44,738 nt of DNA, from the NCBI GenBank assembly GCA_943704425.1, contig CALSCP010001415.1, positions 1 through 44,738 on the forward strand, read 5' to 3'. This DNA comes from Ministeria vibrans ATCC 50519 (taxonomy: Eukaryota > Protista > Filasterea). Position 1 is the first letter of the stretch; each line of letters opens with the position of its first letter. The position numbers and the translations under genes are program-made. Below the pieces are notes generated by a model. That model did no database searches, was not told the origin of the DNA, and saw nothing but the letters and a program-made list of their open reading frames with translations. Below, one piece after another: positions 1 to 12,660 of the stretch.

Positions 1-23
1 TTTTTTTTTCTCGTGTGTGTTAC

Positions 24-110
24 ATGGTTTGGGTCGTCAGCCAGCACAGCGTTGATCTGCTGCAACTGTACGCGCATCGACGCAATATTTGCACGTATTT
101 CGTCGTCCAT
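24..110 (-). CDS. First exon of an SMNDC1/SPF30- or ZGPAT-like protein (gene runs off the window start)
   Basis: ATG at 110 reads MDDEIRANIASMRVQLQQINAVLADDPNH, followed by a GTAAC donor at 23. This resembles the N-terminal helix LxxYxxQLQQVxxAL of SPF30/ZGPAT. Not in the ORF track. Confidence 0.6.
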
Positions 111-254
111 CGCGATTTGAATTTTTTACTGACTTGAGACTTTAGACTTATTTGATTTATTCGACGTTGGTTCTACTTTCTTCTTATTATAAATTATAAT
201 TACATTTCTTTTACCAACTTCTGCTCCGTGTGTGTCACATCCGCCGCAAGTGCC

Positions 255-498
255 ATGGAGACAGAGGATCGGAGTGCGCTGATGGCGCGGTTCAAGCCCA
301 AGGTGCAGCCGCACAATGTCGTTGTGGACGACGCCGTTGCGCTGGAAACAATGCTGTACAGCAGCCAGGCCCTGGGCGCCTTTGGTACGTGCTGCCGAGA
401 GATGCACGTGCACGCGGCCCCTGCAGTGGGCGGGCGTGCCTGGCGGGAGGCCAGTGGCTGCTAGACCTGTGTGTGAGACTGTGTCGTATTCATGTTTC

Positions 499-549
<51 letters not shown>

Positions 550-3500
550 CGCGCTATGATCCGCAGAGGAACAGGACGGCGTGCGTAGCTACCACCTAGG
601 AGACCAGGTGTATGGTAAGTGTCCCTGACAGCGTCCACAGAGGTCCCTTTGGACTTCTCTTTCCATTCGTTTCGTTTCTTCTTTTGTTTCTTTTTTTTTG
701 GCGCCAAGTTGAAAAAAATAATAAATCCATTTTCAGATTGTCTGAAGGATCTTATGATCTGCTTGCGTCGAGACGATCCGTTTACTCGGTGCAACCTACG
801 CCAGCTTGGGCTCTGGCACGTGCTGCAACAGGTAAAGAGAAACGGGCGAAGTGTGTTGATGTGAATAATACTCATCGCTCTCTGCAGGACCTGCTGCCCA
901 TTCTTGTGTACCACGGCGACAACGACCGCGTTGCGTACCGTACGCTGAAGCTTATTGCGACACTGACGCTTCCGTCGCGACTTCAGGTGATCTTTTTTCT
1001 TTTATTTTGTGATATGTTGACGCGTCAAGAGGAGTTTTTTCTCGAGTGGTAACAAATAGTTTCTGTGTTTGTGCAGTTTGACGACCGAATGGTGCGCGAG
1101 CGTGAGGGAGCCAAGGTGAACAACGAAAGCGAGAAACTCCAGCTGTTGGCTGCGTTGCGTTCGTACAAGGAGGTACCAACAATTGAAGGTGGGTGTTGGG
1201 TGAACTGGGCTCATTTGCATTGCATCCAGGCGTTTTGTTCGAGCGAGGTGATGGCGGCGTTTGTGCAACAGCTTATGCCGCCACTGGAGGTACCGGTGGA
1301 CGAACGCAGCGAGGACCAGCGACAGCGCCTTGAACTTTTGCTTGCAATTGTGCGCAATATCCTGCATGTGTCGGACGAGGCCGGCAGTGACTGTCACGAA
1401 CGTCTGCTGCTTGCCTTTGACGAATCCAAGATCCTCGACCTGCTCATTGTCTTGGCTAATCAAGTCGCGCAAGGTAAGAAATGGAAACTCTCGTTTAGAG
1501 CGTACTCTGACACGGATACACACTGTAGAAGAGTCAAGCAAGGGAAGTAGTCTGCAGCTGCTCGAGATAGTCTATTTAGTGCTGGCCGGACAGGAGCCCG
1601 CGGCGCTTCTCAAAGCACGAGCGGTATTGACACAACACAATGACATATACATAGGAGAGAGAGAGAGGAGGGAGAAACAAACAAGGTGATAGAGAGAGAA
1701 ACAGGAGGGAGAAAGAAACAAAGTGATACAGAGAGAGGAGGGAGAAAGAAACAAACGTGTGAGAGGAGGAGGGAATGAGAAGCTCATGGACGGATGCATA
1801 GGACTTTGCCAAGAACGGTGACGGGGCCAACAGCAGTGCGGCAATGCTGGCCGGCCAGGAGTGGCTGCGGGAGAAGGCTCACAAGCGCGACCTGATGGCA
1901 CAAGTCTCATCGCGCCATTCACGATTCCACGGGGCGCTCACGGTGCAACTCATTGACGGAAAGAAGCGCGTAAGATTATATTGAGGAGGAAGATTGTAGA
2001 GAGAAGGGTCTCTGTGCCTGGTGGGTGTGTAAGTACCGAGTGGTCTGACCTCTTTCTCTTCTGTTTACAGTTCTTCCGTCGGCCCATGACTCGACTGCAT
2101 GAAGCAAGCGACATGGACTTGGAAAAGCAGCGTCTGCGCAAGAAGGCACCCACCGGTGGATTTAACCAGATGTACGTCAATCGCTCTCGAATCACTATAC
2201 TTTTGGTCCTTTCTCTCTCTCTCTCTCTCTCTCCTCTTTATATATATCTTTTTTTCTATGTCACATATTTTTTGTTTCTTTCTCCCTTCTTTATCTTTAT
2301 TTGACGTTTCTCTTTTTCTCTTGTTAGGAACCGTCAATTCAGTGTCCGCGCTCAGTCGATACTCTGCTCATTTGCACTCGAATTTACGGAACACTGCTAC
2401 AACGACATTATGCAGACCGTCTTTGTACGAAACAAAGAGAACATGTTCAAAGAGTGAATGTTTGATTTGTGTAGAGCGAACTTAAGGACGACAGCGAGAA
2501 GAGCAACGACATCGACTTGCCCAACTACTTATGGTCGATGCGCTTCTTCATGGAGCTTAGTCGCCTGTCGCAGTCATCATCGGCTGACTTTGCCGTCGAC
2601 ATGATTGCCGTTTCCCTCTCCCGCGGTTCCTCCCACTTTCTCTTGAGCCGTATCAACCGCTTTCATGACAATCGGTACAAAGCACCCTCGCTCACCCGTT
2701 TTTTATATTTTTTATGAGATTAAGTTTGTTTGTTTGTTTGTTTTTATTTTTTCTTTATGCAGTGTTGGCGACAAGGACCGCACGGACTACTGGCGGCGTC
2801 GCGTGCAGCTGGGCCTGCGCGCCTTTCACGAACTGCTTACCCACGTCCAGTGCATGTCCCGTCCATCATCGTCACGCCTTCTCCGCAACAACGCCGTTCA
2901 AATGCGTCTCAACATGTTCTATGACTACGCCAATCTCGAGGTGTTCTCTGCGCTGACCAAAGACATCAAGTGCGTTTTTTATTTCTTCTTTCACTTTGCA
3001 TTGTTTTGCTTATTTGCATGTTTGTCGAACTTTGTAGTGTGAAAAAGCACGCAGTGGGCTACATGAGTGACCTAGTGCAAGTTGTGCACTTGCTAATGCT
3101 TGTCCTTGAGTCGCACGCTCAGGACGCTGCTCTGGTGGTGCGCAAGAAGCGCCGTGTCATCCGTGTCGAAGAGACAACTGTGGTGCCCGAAGAGTCCAAG
3201 CCTGCCTCGTCTAACACCAACATGGAGGTAACGGCTGTCCCCACTACGACGGAGGGTGCACCCAATGCGGGGCCTTCGACGGACGTAACACCTACCGAAG
3301 CCAAGGTGGCATCCGTCGTGACGTCTCGCATGAAGTCAACTGGTCTCGTCAACGCTCACGAGACCGAAACACCCGCCACTGCACCATTGGACGATTCTCT
3401 TTCCGCCTTGGTCCCCGACACCCTTCCCACGCCAACTGCCACGGCCAAAGGTCAAGACGGGACGACATCACCAACCCATGAGTTTGCACATGAGACGACA

Positions 3501-4719
3501 ACGAAAACAACAACAGCAACACCGACCACGACCACGGCCACGACCACGACGATGACGGATGCGCCTACGGATGCGCCTGTTGTTGCGCTTGCTTCCGCTG
3601 ACGCTGCGCCCAAGCCGACTGTCGAGAAAATTCGCAATGTGGAGTATGTGTCGACAGACGTCGCCTTCAACTTCGATAAGTACTTGCAGCAGTTTTGCAA
3701 GGTCCCAGTGGTGCGTGCTTATCTGGCTCTGCTTGCGCACTACCGCGAGAACAGCGACCTTACGAATCGCTGTGTGCTTAAGATGCTGCATCGCGTGGCC
3801 GTCAACCGCGAGTTTCGTCCCATGATGTATCAACTGTCGGCACTCATCACGTTCAACAAGATTCTGTCGGAGCGCGACACGAACCCATCACCAACGCTGC
3901 TTGAGCTGCGCAAGTTTGCCAAGTATATCGTGCGTGGACTGACCAAGCACTTGCAGCAGCGCCCGTCGCTTTTTGTGGAGCTTCTCTTTTGGAAGCCCTG
4001 CGGCACCGCCTACGACATCGAACACGGTGGCATGGGTTTGGCTCTGCCAGGCCAGGTCGCCAAGTGGAGCCAAGAGGAGGACGACTATCTACGTGAGCTC
4101 TTTGGCACACACCAGGTGGTACTGGAGGCATCGCGTGCACGACGTGCGCGACGTGAGCAGGCTCGGGCGCAAGGCGAGATTCTGGACGAAGACGAAGAAG
4201 AGGACGACGACGACGACCGGGACATTGCTGACTTGCTGTCGGACGAGCTGGAGACGCGCTCGCGTCGACAAGTGATCAATCGTCTTGTCAAGCTCGAGCT
4301 GGTGCAACGTGGCGAATTGCGCAAACGTTACGTGCCACGTCCACGTCGTGTGCAAGCACAGCAGACGGGCGGCACCGCAGACGCATCTGGTGGTGGCGAC
4401 TTGACAAGTGGTAAAAAGGGCAAGAAGGCCAAAAAGGTGGCGGTGCCCGAGAACCCTGAGTGGAGTCGCGCTGACGACTTACTGCTGCGCGAGCTACACG
4501 AGGAGTACCGTGACCTAGTCTCCTGCATTCCTATGATCAGTCTGGAGATGTACTCGAAGAAGGAGGCACAGATTGCGCAACGTCTGCGAGAGATGAGTCT
4601 TCAGGTGATGGGACCCGACGGCGAAATGGTGTTGCCCCAGGTGGCAAGCGGCGGTACCAAGGAGGCGGGTGCAGCAGCAGCAGCTGAGAGCAATGCGGAC
4701 GATGAAGGGGACATTGACA

Positions 4720-4751
<32 letters not shown>

Positions 4752-5213
4752 GAAGATGGTGGTGGTGTGATTGCACGTCAGCGACGAGTGGAGAGCGCAG
4801 CCGCACTTGTCGAAGTGCGTGATGCCGTCCTGTGGATCAAGCAAGATCTGGAGGATGCAGCGGAGGAGCGCGAAGACTCAACCGAGACGGACGAGACGAC
4901 CGCGCGATTGTTGCTGACGTTCACGGCGAACCACGACGTTTGGCTTGCCATGCCAACGGTGCTCGCGTTGGTGCGTGCCTGCGGCTACGAGCGCAGCGAA
5001 GATGTCGACCTGGTGCGCTGGCGTCTGCCTGCATCACTCTCGACGGATGCGCTGCGTGCTACGGTTATATTGATTGATCGAGGGTTGCAACGACAGGTGG
5101 AGCGCAAGCCTGCACCGGCGAGGAAGACGAAGAAGGCGGCGAAGGCCAAGGTGACCGCACCGGTTGTAAGAGTGAAAGAAACCACGAAGGAGGATGTGGA
5201 GGAGAAGAAGGCG

Positions 5214-5247
<34 letters not shown>

Positions 5248-6410
5248 GACGAGAGCTGGAGCAGGATGAAGTGGAGGGCGAGGATGCGGAGGCACGAAAG
5301 AAACGACTGCAAGAGGAGTTGGAGCGACAAGAGATCGAAGCGGAACTGGCCATGCTCGCGGATATGGACGTTCTTGGAGAAGGTCCTGACGAATTGAGTG
5401 ACGCCGACGACACAGAACCGACGACGGCGATTGGTGGGGCGGACGAAACGCCCAAGAGCAGCAGGTCCAAGAAGACTTCAAGGGGTGGAGATGACGCGGT
5501 GGATACGGAACGTCTTAAGGCTCGCAAACGACGTGACGGACTCGCCAAATTGCTGAAGAACAAGCGCGACCAGAAGAAGCGCGCGATCAAGTCGTTCATT
5601 GAGACGTCTGTCAAGTCGAGTGGACGCAAGAAGGAGTTGCGTCGAGCGCGACTGGAGGACGCTGTGGGCGACGGGGAGGATGGGAACGAGGAAGGAGTGG
5701 GCGGGGCCTCAGCCAAGAAGAGACGAAAAACCGTGGAGGAGAATGGCGCGATCAACGACGGCGTTGGTAATGATGACGATGGGGAGCGCAAAGGAGAGGA
5801 GGAGGAGGAGGAGGAGGAGGAGGGAGATGAGGAGGAGGATGACGAAGAGCAAGTGGTGCGGAAAAAATCGAAGCGACGGATGGTGGTAGACGATGACGAT
5901 GAAGACGAAGACGAGACCGTGCGAGCGCCAGCCAAGAAGAAGACGAAGAAGACAACCGCGACGAATGCGGCGGGCAGCGACGAGCGGAGCAAGAAGAAAA
6001 AGTCGGGCGATGATCAGCGCAAGAAGAAGCGACAGGCGCCGGCGAACGAACGGTGGACCAAGGCGGAAGATTTGCTACTGCTCGAGCTGTATGACGAGCA
6101 GATGAAGGAAGCGCTACCAAGTGCTACGAGCATTGCGCAGGACCTTTATAAGAAGTCGCCGGACGAGGTTGCGCAACGACTGCGCGAGTTTGGACTGGAA
6201 GTTTGTCACGTTTCGCATGGGACAGACACTGCGGCAAAAGCGGCAGAAAACCAGGAGATGACGAAGGAAGCAGAGACCGAAGCGCGAGAGATGTCGAAAG
6301 AAGCGGAGACGGAAGCGACTACGAATGAAGCAGAGACAGCAACTGAGACACTAGAGAACGCCATGGCAGAAGAGACTCCTGTCAGTTCAATGGAGACAGA
6401 GACAATGTAA
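255..6410 (+). CDS. TIMELESS: Timeless/Tof1 replication-fork protection protein (multi-exon)
   Basis: Exons 255-384, 567-614, 737-831, 888-987 and onward splice in frame to ALGAF...DCLKDLMICLRRDD...QLGLWHVLQQDLLPIL...LIATLTLP. Later motifs are SRHSRF, YLWSMRFFME, NRCVLKMLHRVA and FVELLFWK, Myb-like repeats, and a PAB-like segment (LWIKQDLEDAAEERE...WRLPASLS). A long terminal exon ends at TAA 6410. Confidence 0.93.
505..550. repeat. (CT)n microsatellite in Timeless intron 1
   Basis: Visible dinucleotide run. Confidence 0.95.
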
Positions 6411-6442
6411 ACATAAAGTTTTAAACTCATTACCCCCCCCCT

Positions 6443-6444
<2 letters not shown>

Positions 6445-6476
<32 letters not shown>
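6445..6476. repeat. Poly-T homopolymer
   Basis: 32 T residues between the Timeless stop and the MAGUK fragment. Confidence 0.95.
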
Positions 6477-6477
<1 letters not shown>

Positions 6478-6618
6478 TGGCTCATTTCTCAACTTTGCGT
6501 GAAACTTCGGGGGTGTTTCCCGACTGGTTCATTGTGCACTGTGTGCGTGTACATTGCTTGGCTTCTTGGAGTGTTTGATTTCTTAATAGAGCAATTTACC
6601 TTTCTTGTATTTTCATAG

Positions 6619-6768
6619 GGAAGCAAAGAGCGTCTTGAGCTGACCAAGATTGCGCAAATCTTCCGTCATCCCACCTACGGAGCGGTCGGTGGAGTCATTG
6701 AGGCGACTGGTAAGCTTTGGCCGGGTGATATCTCGCACGTTTTGAAAGGTGAACTCATTTGTTTTGTC

Positions 6769-6802
<34 letters not shown>

Positions 6803-7711
6803 GGGACACAGGCGAGAAACTGGAGCCCAAGGAGGTGCCTGCTGCTGCCAGCGTGGCTCCTGCAACGGCTACTGCAACGGCTACTGCAACAACCCCCACA
6901 GAGACAACCGATGTTGCTACTACTGCTGCTGCTGCTGCTGCTGCAGGAAGCGCGTCGACACTGATTCCGACTGGCGATCAGGCGCCGGCAAAAGCATCGA
7001 CGCTGGAGAATGTGCGATCGGTGACGCTTGTGAAGGGGTCGACGGGACTCGGTTTTAACATTGTTGGTGGTGCGGACCAGTCGACGGGGATCTTTGTGTC
7101 GCGCATTTTGGTTGGGGGAGTGGTAGACAAGAATGGACAGATCCGCAAGGGCGACCAGGTGCTTGCAGTGGACTCGACGCCACTGCACGCAAGAATGACG
7201 CACACAGACGCAGTCAATGTGCTCAAGGGCACCAAGGGCGAAGTGACGCTGGTGGTCGCCTCCAACGCAGTCGAGTACACGCGCTTTGAAGGGATCATTG
7301 AAGCGGCGAGCCAACGTCGCGCCTCCAAGGGCTCGATCAAGGCCAGTGCGCGCTCCTTCATTGTTCGCACTCTATTTGACTTTGATCCCAAGGAGGCCTC
7401 CGACATGCCTGGCCCGGGAATGAAGTAAGCACGTTGTAGAGGAGTGAGTCTGTGAGTTTGTATGAGTGAATGTCCTTCACACACACACATATATATAAAC
7501 AAGCACGCACTCACACATTCCGTTAGGTTCTGCAAGGGAGACGTGTTCCTTGTGACCAACGCAGACGACACAGAGTGGTGGCAGGCCAAGAAGATCGATG
7601 CAGGTGCAAGCAATCCGTCAACGACCTGTCGCACAGTCGTCATTCCGTCCAGTGGCTGGCAGGAACGAAAGGAATTGCGCAAGGCAAAGAAGGTATTTAT
7701 ACAACAACTTT

Positions 7712-7743
<32 letters not shown>

Positions 7744-7880
7744 TTGAGTTCTTTTTTGTCTTCTCATTTTCGTTATTTCTCTGTTCCGTTTTAGGTCAAC
7801 TTTGGATCCGACAATGAGTCTGAGCCCGAAACGGACAAGTTTGCGGGTCGTTCGTCAATGAAAATGACTCGTACTCTCAG
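6619..7880 (+). CDS. Dlg/MPP-type MAGUK fragment: partial L27, PDZ, SH3 and HOOK region; 5' and 3' (GuK) parts absent
   Basis: Exons 6619-6709 (L27-like ELTKIAQIFRHPTY), 6812-7424 (PDZ KGSTGLGFNIVGG...GDQVLAVD; SH3 start VRTLFDFDP), 7527-7692 (FCKGDVFLVTNADDTEWWQA...VIPS) and 7795-7880 splice in frame. No ATG lies between 6411 and 6618, and no GuK exon follows. Confidence 0.85.
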
Positions 7881-7929
7881 GTAACACATATTAACTAAGC
7901 GCACACACACATATATATATAAACTAAAC

Positions 7930-8059
<130 letters not shown>

Positions 8060-8090
8060 AAGATGATTTACTCTTTTATGTTGTTCTCAG

Positions 8091-8524
8091 GGCATTTATG
8101 GATCACAGGGCGCGTTGACGATGTCATCAATGTTTCTGGACATCGATTGGGCACAGCGGAGGTTGAAGATGCGCTGGACGAGCACGCGAGTGTCGCTGAG
8201 AGTGCCGTTGTAGGAGTCCCACATGGGGTCAAGGGCGAGGCTGTCTTTGCATATGTCGTGCTGAAGGACGGCTGTGCGGTCGCGCCTTCTGAGCTCAAGC
8301 GCGTCGTGCGTACTGCCATTGGCGGTTATGCCCAGCCCGAGCGCGTTGTGGTCTGTTCCGCACTTCCAAAGACCCGGAGCGGCAAGATTATGCGCCGAAT
8401 CCTTCGGAAGATTGCACAGGGAGAGACACATGTGAAGGCGCTGGGAGACCTGAGTACGCTTGCGGAGCCCTCGGTTGTACAAGGGCTCGTTGATGCACTC
8501 ACCACTGACACTGGTGATAAGTGA
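8091..8524 (+). CDS. acs: Acetyl-CoA synthetase, terminal exon only
   Basis: [26 protein letters not shown]...[18 protein letters not shown]...[13 protein letters not shown] is the hallmark ACS C-terminal domain. It is preceded by an AG acceptor at 8089-8090; the upstream exons are not in the window. Confidence 0.92.
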
Positions 8525-8575
8525 TTTACTTGTCGTGCATAACAATAACAATATTATTATTAGTGGTTTTTATTC

Positions 8576-9729
8576 TCACTCCTTTTCGCTCGTCTCAGTC
8601 TTCTCTTCAGCTGTTGTCTCAGTCTCTTCCGTCTTCTCTTCAGCCGTAGTCTCAGTCTCTTCCGCCTTCTCTTCAGCTGTAGTCACAGTCTCTTCCGTCT
8701 TCTCCTCAGCCGTGGTCTCAGTCAGTTCCGTCTTCTCTTCAGCCGTAGTCACAGTCTCTTCCGTCTTCTCCTCAGCCGTGGTCTCAGTCTCTTCCGTCTT
8801 CTCTTCAGCTGTTGCCGCAGTCTCGTCCGTCTTCTCTTCAGCTGCTGTCTCAGCCGCTTCCGCCTTCTCCTCAGCCGTGGTCTCAGTCTCGTCCGTCTTC
8901 TCCTCAGCCGCGGTCTCAGTCACGTCCGTCTTCTCCTCAGCCGTGGTCTCAGTCTCGTCCGTCTTCTCCTCAGCCGTGGTCTCAGTCTCGTCCGTCTTCT
9001 CTTCAGCCGTTGTCTCAGACTCTTCCGTCTTCTCTTCAGCCGTTGTCTCAGACTCTTCCGTCTTCTCCTCAGCTGTTGTCTCAGACTCTTCCGTCTTCTC
9101 CTCAGCCGTTGTCTTAGTCCCTTCCGTCGTCTCAACCTTCTCCTCCTTCTTCGCCTGCGCCTCTTCAAACTGCGCACTCTCCGCCGGCGTCAGACACACT
9201 CCCCCATACCACTCGCCCTTATACTCCCCGTGCTCCACAAACCTTCCCGCCTCCTTCATTTTGCTGTACTCGTCGCGTGATATGAACCGGTACACATCTC
9301 CGTCCACTTCGTCGTCGCGCCGCGCTCGCGTCGTATACCTACACACACAACGACATATCAAGATCTCCATCTTCTTTTTGGATCCACCCACCGAATGAGA
9401 GTGAGCGGTTTCGCGCCCGGTTTGAGCGTGCCATAGAGCTCGCCTTTGAGCTCGCCATGCTCGACAAAGAGGTCCGCCTGGATCATCGCCGTAAACGTCC
9501 CGTACGAAACAAAGTGGTAGCTTCTGCCCTCAATTTCTCCCGGTCGAGGCGCGCGTGTCGTGTAGGGAACACTCTCTTTGTACAGCAGCGCTTGGTAGAG
9601 CGGGTACTCGCGCGACGATTTTTCACACGGCGACTTCAGCAGCTGCGACACTCGTCGCGAGCCTACAGGAGTCATGAGCGAACAGCCCGCAGGTGTGGTG
9701 GTCGCACATGGGCATGCGCAGACACCCGA

Positions 9730-9770
<41 letters not shown>

Positions 9771-10167
9771 CAGACAGTCTGTACCTTTCGCGTTCTTCTC
9801 GGGCATCCGTCGAACGGCAAGAGTGACAGTGTTTCCACCGCTCTTCAATTCTCTCAGTGCCTCAGAGTGCGTGAAGCCCCAGACGATCTTGCCGTTTATC
9901 TTGGCAAGTTCATCGCCCGCCTACAACACGGTGGAAGGAGCCCATGTAAGAAAGCGAAGAGGTTTGAGATGAGTGTCGCAAAATAAATAAGTCAAGGAAA
10001 AAAAAAACTCAATTTTGCACCTGCACACCGGCACGGTCGGCCGTGCTGCCAGGAGTCACAAACGAAATCGACAGTGTAAGATCGCTCTCGACGCCCCCGA
10101 GAACAGCAAAGCCAAACGCTTCCGTGCTGGGCTTCTGCATTGCAATTTCGAGGAAGAGCGCACTCAT
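8576..10167 (-). CDS. MAGI-like scaffold: PDZ, two MAGI-type guanylate-kinase segments and an acidic repeat tail
   Basis: Approximate exons 10167-10021, 9920-9786, 9662-9391 and 9338-8576 give a PDZ (AFGFAVLGG...AGDELAKING...HSEALREL). GuK segments LYKESVPYTTRAPRPGEIEGRSYHFVS...EHGELKGELYGT and YTTRARRDDEVDGDVYRFIS...EHGEYKGEWYG follow, then TAEEKTEETET repeats. Confidence 0.82.
8585..9112 (-). repeat. Coding minisatellite, 33-bp unit, about 16 copies (TAEEKT[E/D]ETET)
   Basis: The 11-aa unit was counted directly in the 8576..9391 translation. Confidence 0.95.
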
Positions 10168-10334
10168 GTTCGTATTGTTGGCGAAACCAGCCCCACGTCT
10201 GTCAAAGGGTAAAGTCTCAGGATTCAAGTCAGCCAACGCTTGTAGACGAGCAAATCAAAAGGTTTTGATTAATTATGAAGGAGTGAACGAGTTGCGAGTG
10301 AGAAATTCGTTTAATTGATAATCACAATTCAATC

Positions 10335-12412
10335 ATGTCTCACGCTACGTTCAATGGCAAGTGGGCAAATGCGTCGCAGGAACTGGCAGTCATCTCGGCG
10401 ACGCTTGAGAATACAAAAGATGCGGCTCGACGCCCTCGCGTAGGACTTCCCTCTAATTTGGTTCTCGTTGTCATGGCAATCGTTTCGTTCTGTTTCATTT
10501 AGACTCGAGCTCAGGCCGTTGAGCATCTGGCCATCCTTTACGTCAAATACATTCAAATCTTCCGCGACTTGGAAGAGTCGTACGATCAGGTAAGTGAGAA
10601 ACGCTCGGAAAAAACGCTCACAAGCAAAACCTGGGCTGTATTGTAGATTGTCCACCCACAGAAGCGCCTTGTGATCAAACGCGTCCTCGAAGGAACCATG
10701 GGGCGCCTTGTGGAGGTACGTCATGTTTTGAATGCAGCTATATGAAAACACACACTCACTCACACAAACACTGTTCCCATTTTTTTTTGCTTTTCTCAAA
10801 CTGGTGTGACAGTTGAAGCACTCGCTGGTGAAACTGGTCTGTGACGATTTCCTCATTTTCGACGACATTCTCCTCGATCTCAAACTGACACCTCTCGATC
10901 TGGAGCTACCTATTCCTCGCTACTTTGCCGACGACGCCGCCAATGCTCGACGAGAGCGAGAAAAGTTGCTTGACGCCGCTATGGCTCGCCGTCCCACGGA
11001 CTACCAGCAATTTATGAATGGTCGCGAGCGCGTACGAGGCAAATATACTTATAAATGAGAGTATAATATATAATAATATAATTATAATTATTATTATTAT
11101 TATTATCTTTGTAATAATTTAGGAGGAGATGACAACGGCACAGGCCATTTCGATTGTACAGACAAACGAGCGAGCGCGTCAAGGACGAGTGCGGGCCAAG
11201 TGTATGCGCGAGATGCGATTGCAGGATGAGCGGGAGCGACGAGCTCAGTTGGAAAAGGATGGCATGGTGGTGGATCGAGATGCGGCGGCAGTCGTGATAC
11301 AGACCATGTGGAGGGGCTTTGCGGCTAGGCAAAGTGTGCGCGCGCTGCGTCGAGAAGAAAATCTGTTTCTTGGCATGACTTTGGGCGAAGAGCGACGGGG
11401 CCAGAGCAAGACAACCGCAATGCGTGTGATGCGGGCAACAGAACTGAAACGAAAAGGAACGCAGGAGATGCACGAGCAAGAGTACGTGTTGGCACTGGAG
11501 AGTGTCAAGGAGAAGGTGCGGGCAGTGGAGGCGCCGGACATGGCGGACGGAATGCAAGATGCAGTTCGGCAGTGGTATCTGGAGGAACGTGATGCGACAG
11601 GCAAGTTCCCTGCGTTGCCTGCAGAGAAGGACGGTGGTTCCAAGGTGGTGTTTATGACGGAGGAGGAGCGTGCGGCGTACGAAAAAGAGAAGGAGCGCAA
11701 GCGGAAGGAGAAACTGGACAAGGCCAAGGCGAGGAAGAAGGGTGGAGATGGGGTCAATTCGAAGAAGAATGGAAAGAAGAAGGGGAAAGGGAAGGAGACG
11801 GAGGAGGAAAAGCGCGCACGACTCAAGGCCAAAGAGAAGGAGATGAAGAAGCAGCGGGGGAAGAATGGGGATCCGGTAGTGGCGGATGCACTGAAGGAGA
11901 GTGTGTTTCGGCCATTGATTGACGGGCCAGTCACGGAGTTTGTGACGTTTTGGGAGGGACGGGATGAGAGTGACAATTTTAGACAGAGGTACGATGAAGG
12001 CATTGTGCGGGAGGAGAAGCGACGGGAAGTGGAGGAGGAAGTGCGATTGCAAGTGGATGAGCTGATGCGGGAGGAGTTGAAGCGACTGAAGGAGTCGGTA
12101 GATCATCAGCGAAAGAAGAAAGGAAAGAAGCGGAAGAAGGAGGGAAAGAAAGGGAAGAAGGGGAAGAAGGGGAAGAAGAAAACGACGAAGAAGGAAAAGA
12201 AGCGACGAAAGAAGAAGGCAAAGGATATGACGGCAGACCGGTCGATTGAAGGGCTGTTTGAGGAGCTGGTGGATATGGGGATAGTGCAACCGGTTGAGAG
12301 TCGGACGATGCGGGATTTTGTTGGGGAGTACACAGTGATGGGGGCGACACAGAGACAGAGTGGAACGAAGTTTGTACCGTCATTGGCAGATGTGCGCAGA
12401 GTTGTGACAGAG
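10335..12412 (+). CDS. IQCA1: IQ and AAA domain protein / dynein regulatory complex subunit 11, 5' part (AAA domain absent)
   Basis: Spliced MSHATFNGKW...[44 protein letters not shown]...FDDILLDLKLTPLDLELPIPRYF, IVQTNERARQGRVRA, IQ motif IQTMWRGFAAR and KDMTADRSIEGLFEELV match the IQCA1/DRC11 family. It ends at a donor after 12412, just before a (GA)n tract. Confidence 0.92.
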
Positions 12413-12418
12413 GTAGGG

Positions 12419-12530
<112 letters not shown>

Positions 12531-12660
12531 GGGAGAGAAACAAGTGATAGAGAAAGGAGAAAGAAACAAAGTGAAAGAGAGAGCAAAGTGAGAAATTGAG
12601 AGAGAAGGGGAAGAGACGAGAGTGGGTGGGAAAGTTCAACATTGAAAGGGACGCTGTCTT

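Noticed and set aside
8585-9112. CRISPR-like array
   Set aside because: These are contiguous in-frame tandem repeats without unique spacers, in a eukaryotic context.
8460-9398. Plus-strand 312-aa Ser/Val-rich ORF
   Set aside because: It is the antisense shadow of the 33-bp coding repeat of the MAGI-like gene.
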